DNA of 60,385 bases from Myxococcales bacterium (GCA_028817855.1 JAPPOT010000210.1:1-60385), one strand, 5' to 3'. Shown: positions 20,284 through 29,167, counted from the first letter of the stretch. Made by a program: numbers and translations. Notes: generated by a model from the letters alone, not told the origin.

Positions 20284-21059
20284 ACCTCCCCGGTGTGAAG
20301 ACCGGCCCGCGCGCCACCCTGATCGGAGTCGCGCTCAGCCTCGGCGCCGCGGCCGTCGTCCTGGTCTACTGGACCCGAGGCGTCCCGGAGCCCGCCGGCT
20401 ACCACGCCGCAGCGCCGCGCGACGGGGCCGGCTTCGAGGTGCAGCCCGCGCCCACCTATGGACAGCTGCGCGACCGCGCCTATGGGGCCGACCTCGATCG
20501 GCATGCGACTGCCTTCGCCGCGATGGGCCACCAGCGTCCCGAGCTCACCGCGGAGGTCGTGCGCAGCGCCGAGGCGCTCGCCGCCGCGCGCACGGCCCGC
20601 GCCGAGCACCGCGCGTTCGCCGGTGCGCCCCCGGTGATCCCCCACGCCATCGATCAGCGCGACTACCCCAACTGCATGAGCTGCCACGCGGACGGCCTCG
20701 TGGTGGGTGAGCGTGTGGCGCCCGCCATGAGTCACGCGCCCTACGCGAGCTGCGTCCAGTGTCACGCGCCAGCGGGCGCGCCGCCTCCGGTCGCAGCAAC
20801 CGCGCCCGCCGTCGCGGGCAACACGTTCGAGGGACTGGCCGAGCCGTCGGGGGAGCGCGCCGCGCCGGGCGCGCCGCCGACGGTGCCCCACAGCACGCTC
20901 ATGCGTGAGCGCTGCAACAGCTGTCACGGCGTGCTCGGTCAGGGCATCGTCACCACCCATCCGTGGCGCACGAGCTGTCTGCAATGTCACGGCCCGTCGG
21001 CCGCGCTCGATCAGCGGGACTCCTTCTCGCAGCTCTCGCCGCCGCCGGTGGCGCCATGA
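20280..21059 (+). CDS. napB: membrane-anchored tetraheme cytochrome built from two NapB-like modules
   Basis: GTG start overlaps the napA stop (GTGA). N-terminal TM helix [18 protein letters not shown]. Module 1 is [20 protein letters not shown]...[12 protein letters not shown] and module 2 is [18 protein letters not shown]...[12 protein letters not shown]. Confidence 0.75.
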   Translation: MNLPGVKTGPRATLIGVALSLGAAAVVLVYWTRGVPEPAGYHAAAPRDGAGFEVQPAPTYGQLRDRAYGADLDRHATAFAAMGHQRPELTAEVVRSAEALAAARTARAEHRAFAGAPPVIPHAIDQRDYPNCMSCHADGLVVGERVAPAMSHAPYASCVQCHAPAGAPPPVAATAPAVAGNTFEGLAEPSGERAAPGAPPTVPHSTLMRERCNSCHGVLGQGIVTTHPWRTSCLQCHGPSAALDQRDSFSQLSPPPVAP

Positions 21060-21364
21060 GCGACGCGCCAGAGCTGCGCCCGCTGCAGCAGGCCGAGCTC
21101 GACGCGAAAGGCGTGCGCGAGCTGGCCGCCGACCTCGAGGCCCTGGCCGTCGTCCACGAGGTCCGCGTCAAGCAGCGTGCACGGGCCATGTCGGACGAGG
21201 GGCAGCTCGCGCTGCGCAGCGCGCTGGCGGCGCTGGAGGACGGCGAACTCACGGGCGTCCAGATCCTCTACACCTTCGACGGCCGCCGCTGGCTCGACAC
21301 CCTGATCGCGACCGCCGCGGGCACCCGGCTGGTCCGCAATCCGGTCCCCGGAGCGCCTGCCTGA
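21056..21364 (+). CDS. hypothetical cytoplasmic protein, last gene of nap operon
   Basis: 102 aa. ATGA overlap with the napB-like stop. No Cys, no signal peptide, no motif recognised. Confidence 0.5.
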   Translation: MSDAPELRPLQQAELDAKGVRELAADLEALAVVHEVRVKQRARAMSDEGQLALRSALAALEDGELTGVQILYTFDGRRWLDTLIATAAGTRLVRNPVPGAPA

Positions 21365-21538
21365 GCGCGGTCTGCTTCGGATTGCAGTGCCGGCGGACAG
21401 ACGTCGGCCTTGTCCGTACCTGTCGTGCGGGCGCCCCACCGTAGACATTTGGGGAGTCTTCGCAGGGAGTTCCTACGACGCTGTGACTGTGCGGCGGCGC
21501 ACGCTCCACCGCGGCGAGATGCTGCTACCCTGGGCGGC

Positions 21539-23197
21539 ATGGGACACGTGCTGAGAAGCTACTGGCTCGCGAGCGGTCTCACGCTGGCGGTCGCCGCGTG
21601 TGGTGGAGAGATGGACGGCGAGCCGACCGAGGACGGCAGCGGCGCGCCGGGCGCCGACGACGGCGGTGACGGCCCGTCGACCGACGATGGCTCCAACGGC
21701 GGGCCCCGCCCGGGCGGGTCGAGCGAGCCCGGCGGCGATGACTCGCCTGGGAGCAGCAACGTCGCCGGCAGCGGCAGCTCGCCCGGCGGTGATGGCTCGA
21801 ACGCCGGCACCCCGCCGAGCGCCGGTCCCACCCTGCCGCTGCCCGACGCGGTGATGACCTTCTACGTGTCCTCCTCGATGGGTGACGACGCGTGGAGCGG
21901 GAGCCTGCCCGAGCCCAGCGGCGATGGCAGCGACGGCCCCAAGGCCAGCCTCGAGGCGGCGCTCGAGCTCATCAACGGCGCGTCGCCGGGCACCCACGTG
22001 CTCTTGCGCAAGGGCGACAGCTGGGACGCGAACGCGACGCTGGAGGTCCGCACGGCCGTTGGCACCGAAGAGGATCCGATCGTGCTCGGCGCCTATGGCG
22101 AGGGCGAGCAGCCCACCATCGTCTCCCAGCACATGGGAAACACCTTCACGCTCCGCAGCAGCCGCACGGGGCCGTCGCACCACTTCCGTCTGGACGACCT
22201 GCACCTGACCTCCGCGAGCATCACGCGCGGCCAGACCGCGATCTACATCAACGAGTCCCTGCATCCAGAGCTGCCCCACCACCTGGTCTTCTCCAAGCTC
22301 ACGATCGAGGGCAACGCCACCGGCATCACGATGTACGGCAACGACCACCTGGTGCACGGCTCGCGCATCGCCAACAACACGATGGGTATGGGCATCTACG
22401 TGATGGGCAACAACGTGAGCTTTCAGTACAACGAGTTCGAGAACAACGGCCTACCCCCGCCCGACAACCTGGTGCACACGCTCTACATCTCGGCCTGCGA
22501 CGGCGTGCTCTTCGAGCACAACGTGGTGCACAGCGCGACCGACGGGTTGAAAGTGCGGCGGAGCCACAACGGCGTCTACCGATACAACACCTTCTACGGC
22601 ATCCAGGCGATCGGCATCCACCTCGGCGGCGACTCGATGGGCGGGGCCATCAACAACCGCATCGAGAGCAACCTTTTCTACGAGAACTCGGTCGGCATCG
22701 TCATCAAGGTCGAGCAGGGCATGCAGACCGAGTTGGTGGACGGGCTCGTGATCGCCAACAACATCCTGCACACCTCGGCTTCGGGCTTCATCGAGTTCGG
22801 AGCCCACCTGGTGATGACCGACGTGCCGGCCCAGAACGTCTCGATCGTCAACAACCTGCTCTACGACATGATCGACGACCACGGCATCTCCGTGCAGAAC
22901 AGCGGGCCGAACATCACCGTGGCCAACAACGTGGTCGGCAAGTTTACCCAGGGCTTCGCCTACAACCTCGACGGCGCCGTGGGCGCCAGCAACAACCTGG
23001 AGTTCTCCAGCGCGGCCGAGTTCGAGGCGCTGAACCTGGTCGACCCGGCCGGCTTCGACTTCACGCCCACCGCCGACAGCACCCAGCTGATCGACCAGGG
23101 CACCGACGTGAGCGACGTGATGACCACCGACTACGCCGGCGACCCGCGGCCCGCAGGCGCCGGCTTCGACATCGGCCCCTACGAGTACCCCGAATAG
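21539..23197 (+). CDS. right-handed parallel beta-helix repeat lipoprotein (pectate-lyase-fold, likely glycan-active)
   Basis: Lipobox LTLAVAACGG. G/S/D/P-rich linker. Repeated NN-containing beta-helix turns (IANNTMGMGIYVMGNNVSFQYNEFENNG, VIANNILH, IVNNLLY). C-terminal DYAGDPRPAGAGFDIGPYEY. Confidence 0.7.
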   Translation: MGHVLRSYWLASGLTLAVAACGGEMDGEPTEDGSGAPGADDGGDGPSTDDGSNGGPRPGGSSEPGGDDSPGSSNVAGSGSSPGGDGSNAGTPPSAGPTLPLPDAVMTFYVSSSMGDDAWSGSLPEPSGDGSDGPKASLEAALELINGASPGTHVLLRKGDSWDANATLEVRTAVGTEEDPIVLGAYGEGEQPTIVSQHMGNTFTLRSSRTGPSHHFRLDDLHLTSASITRGQTAIYINESLHPELPHHLVFSKLTIEGNATGITMYGNDHLVHGSRIANNTMGMGIYVMGNNVSFQYNEFENNGLPPPDNLVHTLYISACDGVLFEHNVVHSATDGLKVRRSHNGVYRYNTFYGIQAIGIHLGGDSMGGAINNRIESNLFYENSVGIVIKVEQGMQTELVDGLVIANNILHTSASGFIEFGAHLVMTDVPAQNVSIVNNLLYDMIDDHGISVQNSGPNITVANNVVGKFTQGFAYNLDGAVGASNNLEFSSAAEFEALNLVDPAGFDFTPTADSTQLIDQGTDVSDVMTTDYAGDPRPAGAGFDIGPYEYPE

Positions 23198-23335
23198 GCG
23201 CGCCTGACTCCGTTTGTACCCAATTCAAAACGTCCGGGTTCGCCGAGACATCTGTTTCGGCCCTCGTGCATCAGATTGAGTAGCGCCAGCCAGTGATGGT
23301 CCGTTATAAGGGGCCCCGCGGGTAAGAGAGGCGCA

Positions 23336-24781
23336 GTGGCAGGCAAGCTAGGGATCGGAACCAAGGCGGGCTACGGCGTGGGCGCCGCAGCTGAGGCGGG
23401 CGTGTTGATCGCGTTCAACGCCTTCAACATGATCTTCTACCAGAACGTGCTGGGTCTATCCGGCGCGTTGGCTGGCATGGCGGTCAGCATCTCCCTGATG
23501 TTCGACGCCGTCTCCGATCCGCTGGTGGGCGCAATCTCCGACCGCTGGCGCTCGCGCATGGGACGACGCCATCCGTTCCTCTATGTCGCCTCGATCCCGT
23601 TTGGCGCCTGCTTCTATCTGATCTACGCGCCGCCAGCGTTCATTCTGGGCTCGCAGGCCCTGCTCTTCTCATGGCTGATGGTGCTCACCATCATGCTGAG
23701 AACGTTCCAGACCTTCTACCACGTACCGCATCTGGCCCTCGGAGCCGAGCTCGCGACCGAGTACAAGGAGCGCTCGGTACTGATGAGCTACAACTCCATC
23801 TTCGGCATGGTCGGTGGTGTGGCTGTTTCGGTCGCGGGTTTCCAGTACCTGGGCGCTGCAAGCGGTCGCATCGACGATGTGGGGGCGTACGCAAACATGG
23901 GCGCGGTGGTTGGCCTGCTCGGTGCAGCGATCATCGTGCTCACGGCCGTAGCTACCGCGAAGCGCGGCGCCCAACTCAGCAAGGTCCCGGACCTCCCCCC
24001 GTTCAGCACCAAGCAGTTCATCGCGGAGATCCGCTCGTGCCTGCAGAACGAGAACTACCGCTACCTGCTGATCGGCCTCGTGTGTCTGGGCCCGTTCCTC
24101 GGCGTCCGGGAGACGCTCGCAACCCATCTAACGCGGTTCTTTTGGGAGGTCCCGGTCGCAGATATCGGCAAGCTCGCGCTCGCGGTGCCACCCGCCTTCG
24201 TGCTGATGTTCCTCTTCGTGCCGCGCATGCACCAGCGCTACTCCAAACGCGCGTTGATGCTGGGCGGTCTCACCGTGGCGGCCATATCCGCAGGTGCTCC
24301 CATCACGCTGCGGCTGCTCGGGCTGCTGCCCGACAACTCGGACCCGTTCATCTATCGAATGCTGCTCGTGGAGCGTTTCGTCTTCTACCTCGGCATCTCC
24401 ACGCTGACCATGAGTGTGATGTCGGCGCTGGGTGACGTGGCCGACGAGCATGATCTGGCCACGGGCCGGCGGCAGGAGGGCGTCTTCTATTCCGCTCGCT
24501 CCTTCTTCGGGAAGGTCACGCAGGCGGCAGGCCACCTCGTCGCGGGCATCGCCCTGGACCTGATCGGGTTCGAGTCGGGCTCGAAGGTCGGCGAGGTGCC
24601 GGAGGACGTGCTCGTCATGCTCGGTCTGGTGGACGGGCCGGTAGCGGCAGCATTCGGTCTGGGAGCCGCGTACTTCTACGCGCGGTACAAGATCGATCCC
24701 GCGCGTCACGCGGAGATTCGAGAGTCTCTCGCCAAGCGCCACTCCGCGAGACCGCCGGAAGGCGCGGCCGCCGAGTCGTAG
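23336..24781 (+). CDS. MFS transporter, glycoside-pentoside-hexuronide (GPH/MelB-like) family
   Basis: GTG start. DAVSDPLVGAISDRWRSRMGRRHPFLY signature loop. About 12 TM helices. Confidence 0.8.
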   Translation: MAGKLGIGTKAGYGVGAAAEAGVLIAFNAFNMIFYQNVLGLSGALAGMAVSISLMFDAVSDPLVGAISDRWRSRMGRRHPFLYVASIPFGACFYLIYAPPAFILGSQALLFSWLMVLTIMLRTFQTFYHVPHLALGAELATEYKERSVLMSYNSIFGMVGGVAVSVAGFQYLGAASGRIDDVGAYANMGAVVGLLGAAIIVLTAVATAKRGAQLSKVPDLPPFSTKQFIAEIRSCLQNENYRYLLIGLVCLGPFLGVRETLATHLTRFFWEVPVADIGKLALAVPPAFVLMFLFVPRMHQRYSKRALMLGGLTVAAISAGAPITLRLLGLLPDNSDPFIYRMLLVERFVFYLGISTLTMSVMSALGDVADEHDLATGRRQEGVFYSARSFFGKVTQAAGHLVAGIALDLIGFESGSKVGEVPEDVLVMLGLVDGPVAAAFGLGAAYFYARYKIDPARHAEIRESLAKRHSARPPEGAAAES

Positions 24782-24802
24782 GCGCAGGCCTTTGACACGA
24801 AG

Positions 24803-25906
24803 CTAGCCGCGCCGCGAGCGGCGGAGCTCGACGTTTCCCAGCTGTCCGCAGGCGGCCATGACACTGCGACCCTTGGTGATACGGCGCCGGACGGGCAGGC
24901 CCTCGTCGCGGAGCCAGCCGATGAAGCGGTCGACCTCGTCGTCGCCGGGCGCGCGGGTGAGCGGGGCGGTCCCGGGGTTGTACGGGATCACGTTGACCAT
25001 CACGCGGCCGAGCGGGGCGCAGAAGCGGGCGACACCGGTCGCGTGCTCGCGGGCGTCGTTGATGCCCGGCAGCAGGCAGTAGTTCACGCCGAGGGCGAAG
25101 TTCGCGCGCGGGCGGTAGCCCCGCAGGGCCTCCTGCAGCTTCGACAGCGGGGTCTTGCGGTTGACCGGCATGAGCTCGTCGCGCAAGGGATCGTCCGGGG
25201 CGTTCAGGCTGACGCTGAGGTTGAGGCGCTTGAATCCGGCATCGGCCAGATGGCGGATGCCGTCCACGCGCCCCACCGTGCAGACCGTGAGCCGCTCCTG
25301 GGCGATCGCCAGGCCGCCCGGGTCGGTCAGCACGCGCAGGGATTGCAGGACGTTGTGGAAGTTGTCGAGCGCCTCGCCCATGCCCATGAAGACCAGATTG
25401 CGCACCGGCCAGCCGTGCACGTGCCGCGCGACCAGGAGCTGGCCCACGATCTCGGAGGCGTCCAGGTCCCGAAGCTTGCCCATGCGTCCCGTCTCGCAGA
25501 AGGTGCAGCCCATCTTGCAGCCGACCTGGCTGGAGACGCACAGGGTGTGGCGCCCGTGGCCCATCGGCAGCAGCACGCTCTCCACCTCGAGGCCGTCGGC
25601 CAGACGCAGCACCTGCTTGGCCGTGATTGCGCCTTCGCCTTCCTCCACCGTGCGCAGCACCTCCGGCAGCGCGAAGGCGAAGCTCGCACGGTAGCTCGCA
25701 GCCGGCGCGGCGCTGAGCCCGTGGGCCTCGGGCTCGAAGCGCCCGGCCCCGACCGCATCCCGGTAGAAGGCGCGCGCCACCCCGTGGCCACGGCCCACGC
25801 GCGCGCGGGCGGCCTCGGCGAACTGCGCGCTGGTCAGACCGGCGATCGGATGGGGCTCGGACACCGGGCGGCATCCTGAACGATCCGCTACCCGTACGCC
25901 AGTCAC
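24803..25906 (-). CDS. RlmN/Cfr-family radical SAM rRNA/tRNA methyltransferase
   Basis: LCVSSQVGCKMGCTFCETG (CX3CX2C). C-terminal MAACGQLG. Start is uncertain: GTG 25906 chosen so the CDS does not run through the palindromic element at 25918. Alternatives are GTG 25864 or ATG 25957. Confidence 0.8.
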   Translation of the reverse strand: MTGVRVADRSGCRPVSEPHPIAGLTSAQFAEAARARVGRGHGVARAFYRDAVGAGRFEPEAHGLSAAPAASYRASFAFALPEVLRTVEEGEGAITAKQVLRLADGLEVESVLLPMGHGRHTLCVSSQVGCKMGCTFCETGRMGKLRDLDASEIVGQLLVARHVHGWPVRNLVFMGMGEALDNFHNVLQSLRVLTDPGGLAIAQERLTVCTVGRVDGIRHLADAGFKRLNLSVSLNAPDDPLRDELMPVNRKTPLSKLQEALRGYRPRANFALGVNYCLLPGINDAREHATGVARFCAPLGRVMVNVIPYNPGTAPLTRAPGDDEVDRFIGWLRDEGLPVRRRITKGRSVMAACGQLGNVELRRSRRG

Positions 25907-25917
25907 AGCGTGTCCCG

Positions 25918-26034
25918 AACGTGCCCCTGCCCTTGCGCTTGCCCTGCCCGAGCTCATTCGACGCGGTTGGCCACCTCGATCAAGGCTGCTGTGGCAACCC
26001 GGGCAGGGGCAAGCGCAAGGGCAGGGGCACGTTC
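25918..26034. repeat. G/C-tract palindromic element (P2), 34-bp inverted arms
   Basis: Left arm GAACGTGCCCCTGCCCTTGCGCTTGCCCTGCCCG. The right arm is its reverse complement with one extra base. A 49-nt centre separates them. The right arm carries GGG-CA-GGGG-N9-GGG-CA-GGGG. Confidence 0.6.
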
Positions 26035-26058
26035 AACTCCTGCAAGGCCGCTCGCGCG

Positions 26059-27804
26059 TTAGTCGCGCCGGTGGCGGCGGATCAGCGCCAGCAGCTCGTC
26101 GCGTGAGACGCCGAGCCGCGCGGCAGTCTGCTGGGCCAGCGAGGTCTCGGCCACGCCTGGAAGAAACTGGTAGGTCGGCACCCGCTCGGCGTCGAGCTCG
26201 ACCTGCACGAAGCACAGCGCCAGACGGTCCGCATCCTCCGCCAGCTGCTGGGCGAATTGCAGGAAGTGGGTGGTGATGAAGACCTCGGGCTCGAGCTCGC
26301 GCAGCAGCCCCACCACGAGCTGGAAGATCTCCTCGCCCTCGGAGGGGTTGGTACCCGAGCACAGCTCGTCGAGTACGATCATCGAGCCCGGACGCGCGTG
26401 CTCGAAGAGGTGGCGGATGCGCAGCAGCTCCGTGCCGAGCCGGCCCTCCTGCTGATCGGCGCTGGTCTCGTTGCCGAGTGAGACGTAGAGCCCCGACGCC
26501 GGGCGCAGCTGGGCGCTCTGCGCGGGCACGAAGAAGCCGGACTGGCCCAGCATCTGGGTCAGGGCGATGGCCTGCAGTAGCCGTGTCTTGCCGCCCGAGT
26601 TGGGCCCGGTGACGATGCAGCTGCGCCGCAGGCTGTCGACCTCGAGCGTGCACGGCACCGGGAGGCGCTCCTGCAGCATCAGCAGCGGATTGAAGAGTGC
26701 CTCGAGCTTGCGCGGGGCGCTCGCGTCGTCGCCGAGCAGCTCGGGAATGCACACCGACAGGCCCTTCTCGCCGGCGCTCTTCGCGAAGTGGCAGGCCGAC
26801 AGGTAGAACTCGAAGTCCCCGCGCAGCTGCAGCACCGGGGGCAGGTACTCGAGCAGCCCCAGGTAGACGTGCTCGAACCAGCGTTCGACCAGCTCCACGT
26901 TGCCGAAGCGGTAGCCGCGCAGGAACGTCACGATGCGCGATACCAGCCGCACGATCGGCCCACGGTAGAAGGGTTCGGTGCGGTGCTCCTCGAGCTTCAG
27001 GATGTCGAGCTTGCGCACGCGGCCGTCGACGCCCACCTGCAGGTGCAGGTCCACGCGCGCCATGTCGCCCTCGAAGTCGAGCAGGCCGCGCAGCTCGGCG
27101 AAGCCCTTCGACTCGAGCACCAGCGCCGAGAAGGCGTGCAGCCGCGCGAGCCCCGAGCGCGCGTGCTCGAACGGGCCGTGCATGCTCTCGAAGAGCTCGC
27201 GCAGGGCGGACAGCAGGTCCAGGCGCCAGCGCGGCAGGTCGTAGCGGCTCTGTCCGCTGCTCTCGTCGAACAGCTGCAGGAGCTTGACGAGCTTGCCGTA
27301 GACCGTTTCCAGGGCCTGCAGTAGCGGGGCGCTGCCGTGCAGCTCGCGCAGGACCTCGTGGCGGAAGCGAACCACCTCCCGCGACGCCGGCGGCTGGCAC
27401 AAGAGCCGCCGCAGGTGGTCCTTGGCGAGCGGTGCCTTGCGCCCCTCCAGCTCGAAGCGCAGCACGCCCTCGATCAGCTCGTCGAGGAAGAGCTCGCCAG
27501 CGAAGGCGTCCGGCTGAAAGCGCGACTCGCAGCCCGCCGCGGTCGTCAGCGCGCCGCTCGCGACCCCAGCCGAGTCACCCGCCGTGAAGGCGAACTCGAG
27601 CGCCTTGCGCGCGGCGCGATGATCGATGCTCTGGCACGGCTCGGGGTGCAGCAGGTCGGGCGTGGCCTGCTGCTGCTCGGGGGCGGCGGGCGAGAGCGTC
27701 GTCAGGGTCGGCAGGCCGTAGACCGGCTCCACCTCGTCGCTCGATACGGGGATCGCCTGACGCTGCTGCATGTAGCGGTCGACCGCGCTCATGCGACGTG
27801 CCAT
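26059..27804 (-). CDS. MutS-related ATPase (domain V only, no mismatch-binding or Smr domain recognised)
   Basis: IVTGPNSGGKTRLLQAIAL (Walker A). MIVLDELCSGTNPSEGEE (Walker B region). The N-terminal roughly 330 aa match nothing I recognise. Confidence 0.75.
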   Translation of the reverse strand: MARRMSAVDRYMQQRQAIPVSSDEVEPVYGLPTLTTLSPAAPEQQQATPDLLHPEPCQSIDHRAARKALEFAFTAGDSAGVASGALTTAAGCESRFQPDAFAGELFLDELIEGVLRFELEGRKAPLAKDHLRRLLCQPPASREVVRFRHEVLRELHGSAPLLQALETVYGKLVKLLQLFDESSGQSRYDLPRWRLDLLSALRELFESMHGPFEHARSGLARLHAFSALVLESKGFAELRGLLDFEGDMARVDLHLQVGVDGRVRKLDILKLEEHRTEPFYRGPIVRLVSRIVTFLRGYRFGNVELVERWFEHVYLGLLEYLPPVLQLRGDFEFYLSACHFAKSAGEKGLSVCIPELLGDDASAPRKLEALFNPLLMLQERLPVPCTLEVDSLRRSCIVTGPNSGGKTRLLQAIALTQMLGQSGFFVPAQSAQLRPASGLYVSLGNETSADQQEGRLGTELLRIRHLFEHARPGSMIVLDELCSGTNPSEGEEIFQLVVGLLRELEPEVFITTHFLQFAQQLAEDADRLALCFVQVELDAERVPTYQFLPGVAETSLAQQTAARLGVSRDELLALIRRHRRD

Positions 27805-27816
27805 CGCTCTTGAGTA

Positions 27817-28734
27817 TCACGGATCCGGCTTCGCGCCCTCCTCGGCCTGCCGCGCCTGCAGGAAGCGCTGCCAGTGGGGGCGGCGGCCGTCCCCATCGGT
27901 GAACCCGTACTCCTCGGCCAGGTGCCAGGTCGCAAGGGCCTGCCCGGCCTTGCTCGCCACCTCCGGGTCGCCCGCCAGCGAGCAGACCGCGCGCCCGATG
28001 AAGGTAGGGGTCTCGGAGCTCTCGAAGTAGCGATCCTGCGCGATCGCTTCGCGCCAGGTCTCCTCCGTCACGCCGAAGTGGTCGAGCATCGCCTCGGAGC
28101 GCAGGAAGCCGGGCGTCAGCGACAGGGCCGTGACGCCGCGTGGTGTCAGTTCCTGGGCCATCGCCCAACCCAGCCGGCGTGCGTTGTTCTTGGCCAGGTC
28201 GTAGTAGAGGTTCTGGCGGTAGTCGTCCTCCCGGTCTCCGTCAGTCACCTCGATGATCAGCCCGCTGCCGCGTCCCACCATGAGCGGCGCGCCGTAGCGC
28301 GCGGTGAGGATGTGGGCGGTGACGGCGCGCTCGAGCAGGCGCTGGCCGCGCGCCGGGTCGAGCTCCCAGAAGGGCTTGCCCCACTCGGTCAGTGGGTCGC
28401 CGCCCCAGATGTCGATCACCAGCACGTCGAGCGCTCCGTCGCCGGCGGCCCGCACCCGGGCGAAGAGGGCCTCGACCTCGTCCGCGCGGGTGTGGTCGAC
28501 GCGCTCGGGGATGCCGCGCCCGCCCGCCGCCGTGACCCGCTCGGCGGTCTCGTCGATCGTCTCTGCGCGCGCCATGTCGGAGGGTGCTCCGCGCGTGCTG
28601 CGCCCGGTGCAGTAGACGGTCGCACCGCAGGCGCCGAGCTCGACTGCGATGCCGCGCCCGGCCCCGCGCGTGGCGCCGGCCACCAGCGCCACCCGCCCCG
28701 ACAGGTCGGGTTTGTCCCAGATCTCCCTCGCCAT
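27817..28734 (-). CDS. short-chain dehydrogenase/reductase (SDR) family protein
   Basis: VALVAGATRGAGRGIAVELGACGATVYCTGRS cofactor-binding motif. 305 aa. Confidence 0.8.
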   Translation of the reverse strand: MAREIWDKPDLSGRVALVAGATRGAGRGIAVELGACGATVYCTGRSTRGAPSDMARAETIDETAERVTAAGGRGIPERVDHTRADEVEALFARVRAAGDGALDVLVIDIWGGDPLTEWGKPFWELDPARGQRLLERAVTAHILTARYGAPLMVGRGSGLIIEVTDGDREDDYRQNLYYDLAKNNARRLGWAMAQELTPRGVTALSLTPGFLRSEAMLDHFGVTEETWREAIAQDRYFESSETPTFIGRAVCSLAGDPEVASKAGQALATWHLAEEYGFTDGDGRRPHWQRFLQARQAEEGAKPDP

Positions 28735-28891
28735 GCCGCGACGCTAGCACGCCGGAAGATCGCGTGGAGCGCGGACGGCGTGTCCCCAGTGCTCCCATGA
28801 GCCGGTCGAATTGGGCCAGGCGCGCCACATCAATGTCCTCGTGCGCGTCCGCGTCCTTTACAGGCCCGCCCTCCGTTCGCATGTTGCTGCG

Positions 28892-29167
28892 GTGCAGGAG
28901 GTCGAGGTCGGCTCGGAGGTGATCGCGGGCATCGCGTACGACGATGCGTCGCGCGCGTGCGAGGTGCGCTTTGCCAACGGTCGCGTCTACCGCTACGACG
29001 GTGTGCCGCGCAGCGTCTTCGACTGGTGGATGCGCGCGCCCTCGAAGGGCGCCTTCTTCAACCGCAAGGTGCGCGACGTGTACCCCTATCGCGAGCTGGA
29101 GGGAGACCTCCCACCCGAGCCCGACCTGGAGGCGCTGCTCGAGGCCTCCCTGCGGTCCGACGACTAG
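28892..29167 (+). CDS. KTSC domain protein
   Basis: IAGIAYDDASRACEVRFANGRVYRYDGVPRSVFDWWMRAPSKGAFFNRKVRDVYPY matches the KTSC pattern. Start placed at GTG 28892 (uncertain). Confidence 0.65.
   Translation: MQEVEVGSEVIAGIAYDDASRACEVRFANGRVYRYDGVPRSVFDWWMRAPSKGAFFNRKVRDVYPYRELEGDLPPEPDLEALLEASLRSDD

Noticed and set aside
25921-26106. 61-aa ORF (MPLPLRLPCPSS...GRGKRKGRG) that could look like a small Cys/Gly-rich peptide
   Set aside because: It is encoded by the two arms of the palindromic element. Its odd composition simply mirrors the C-tract and G-tract arms.
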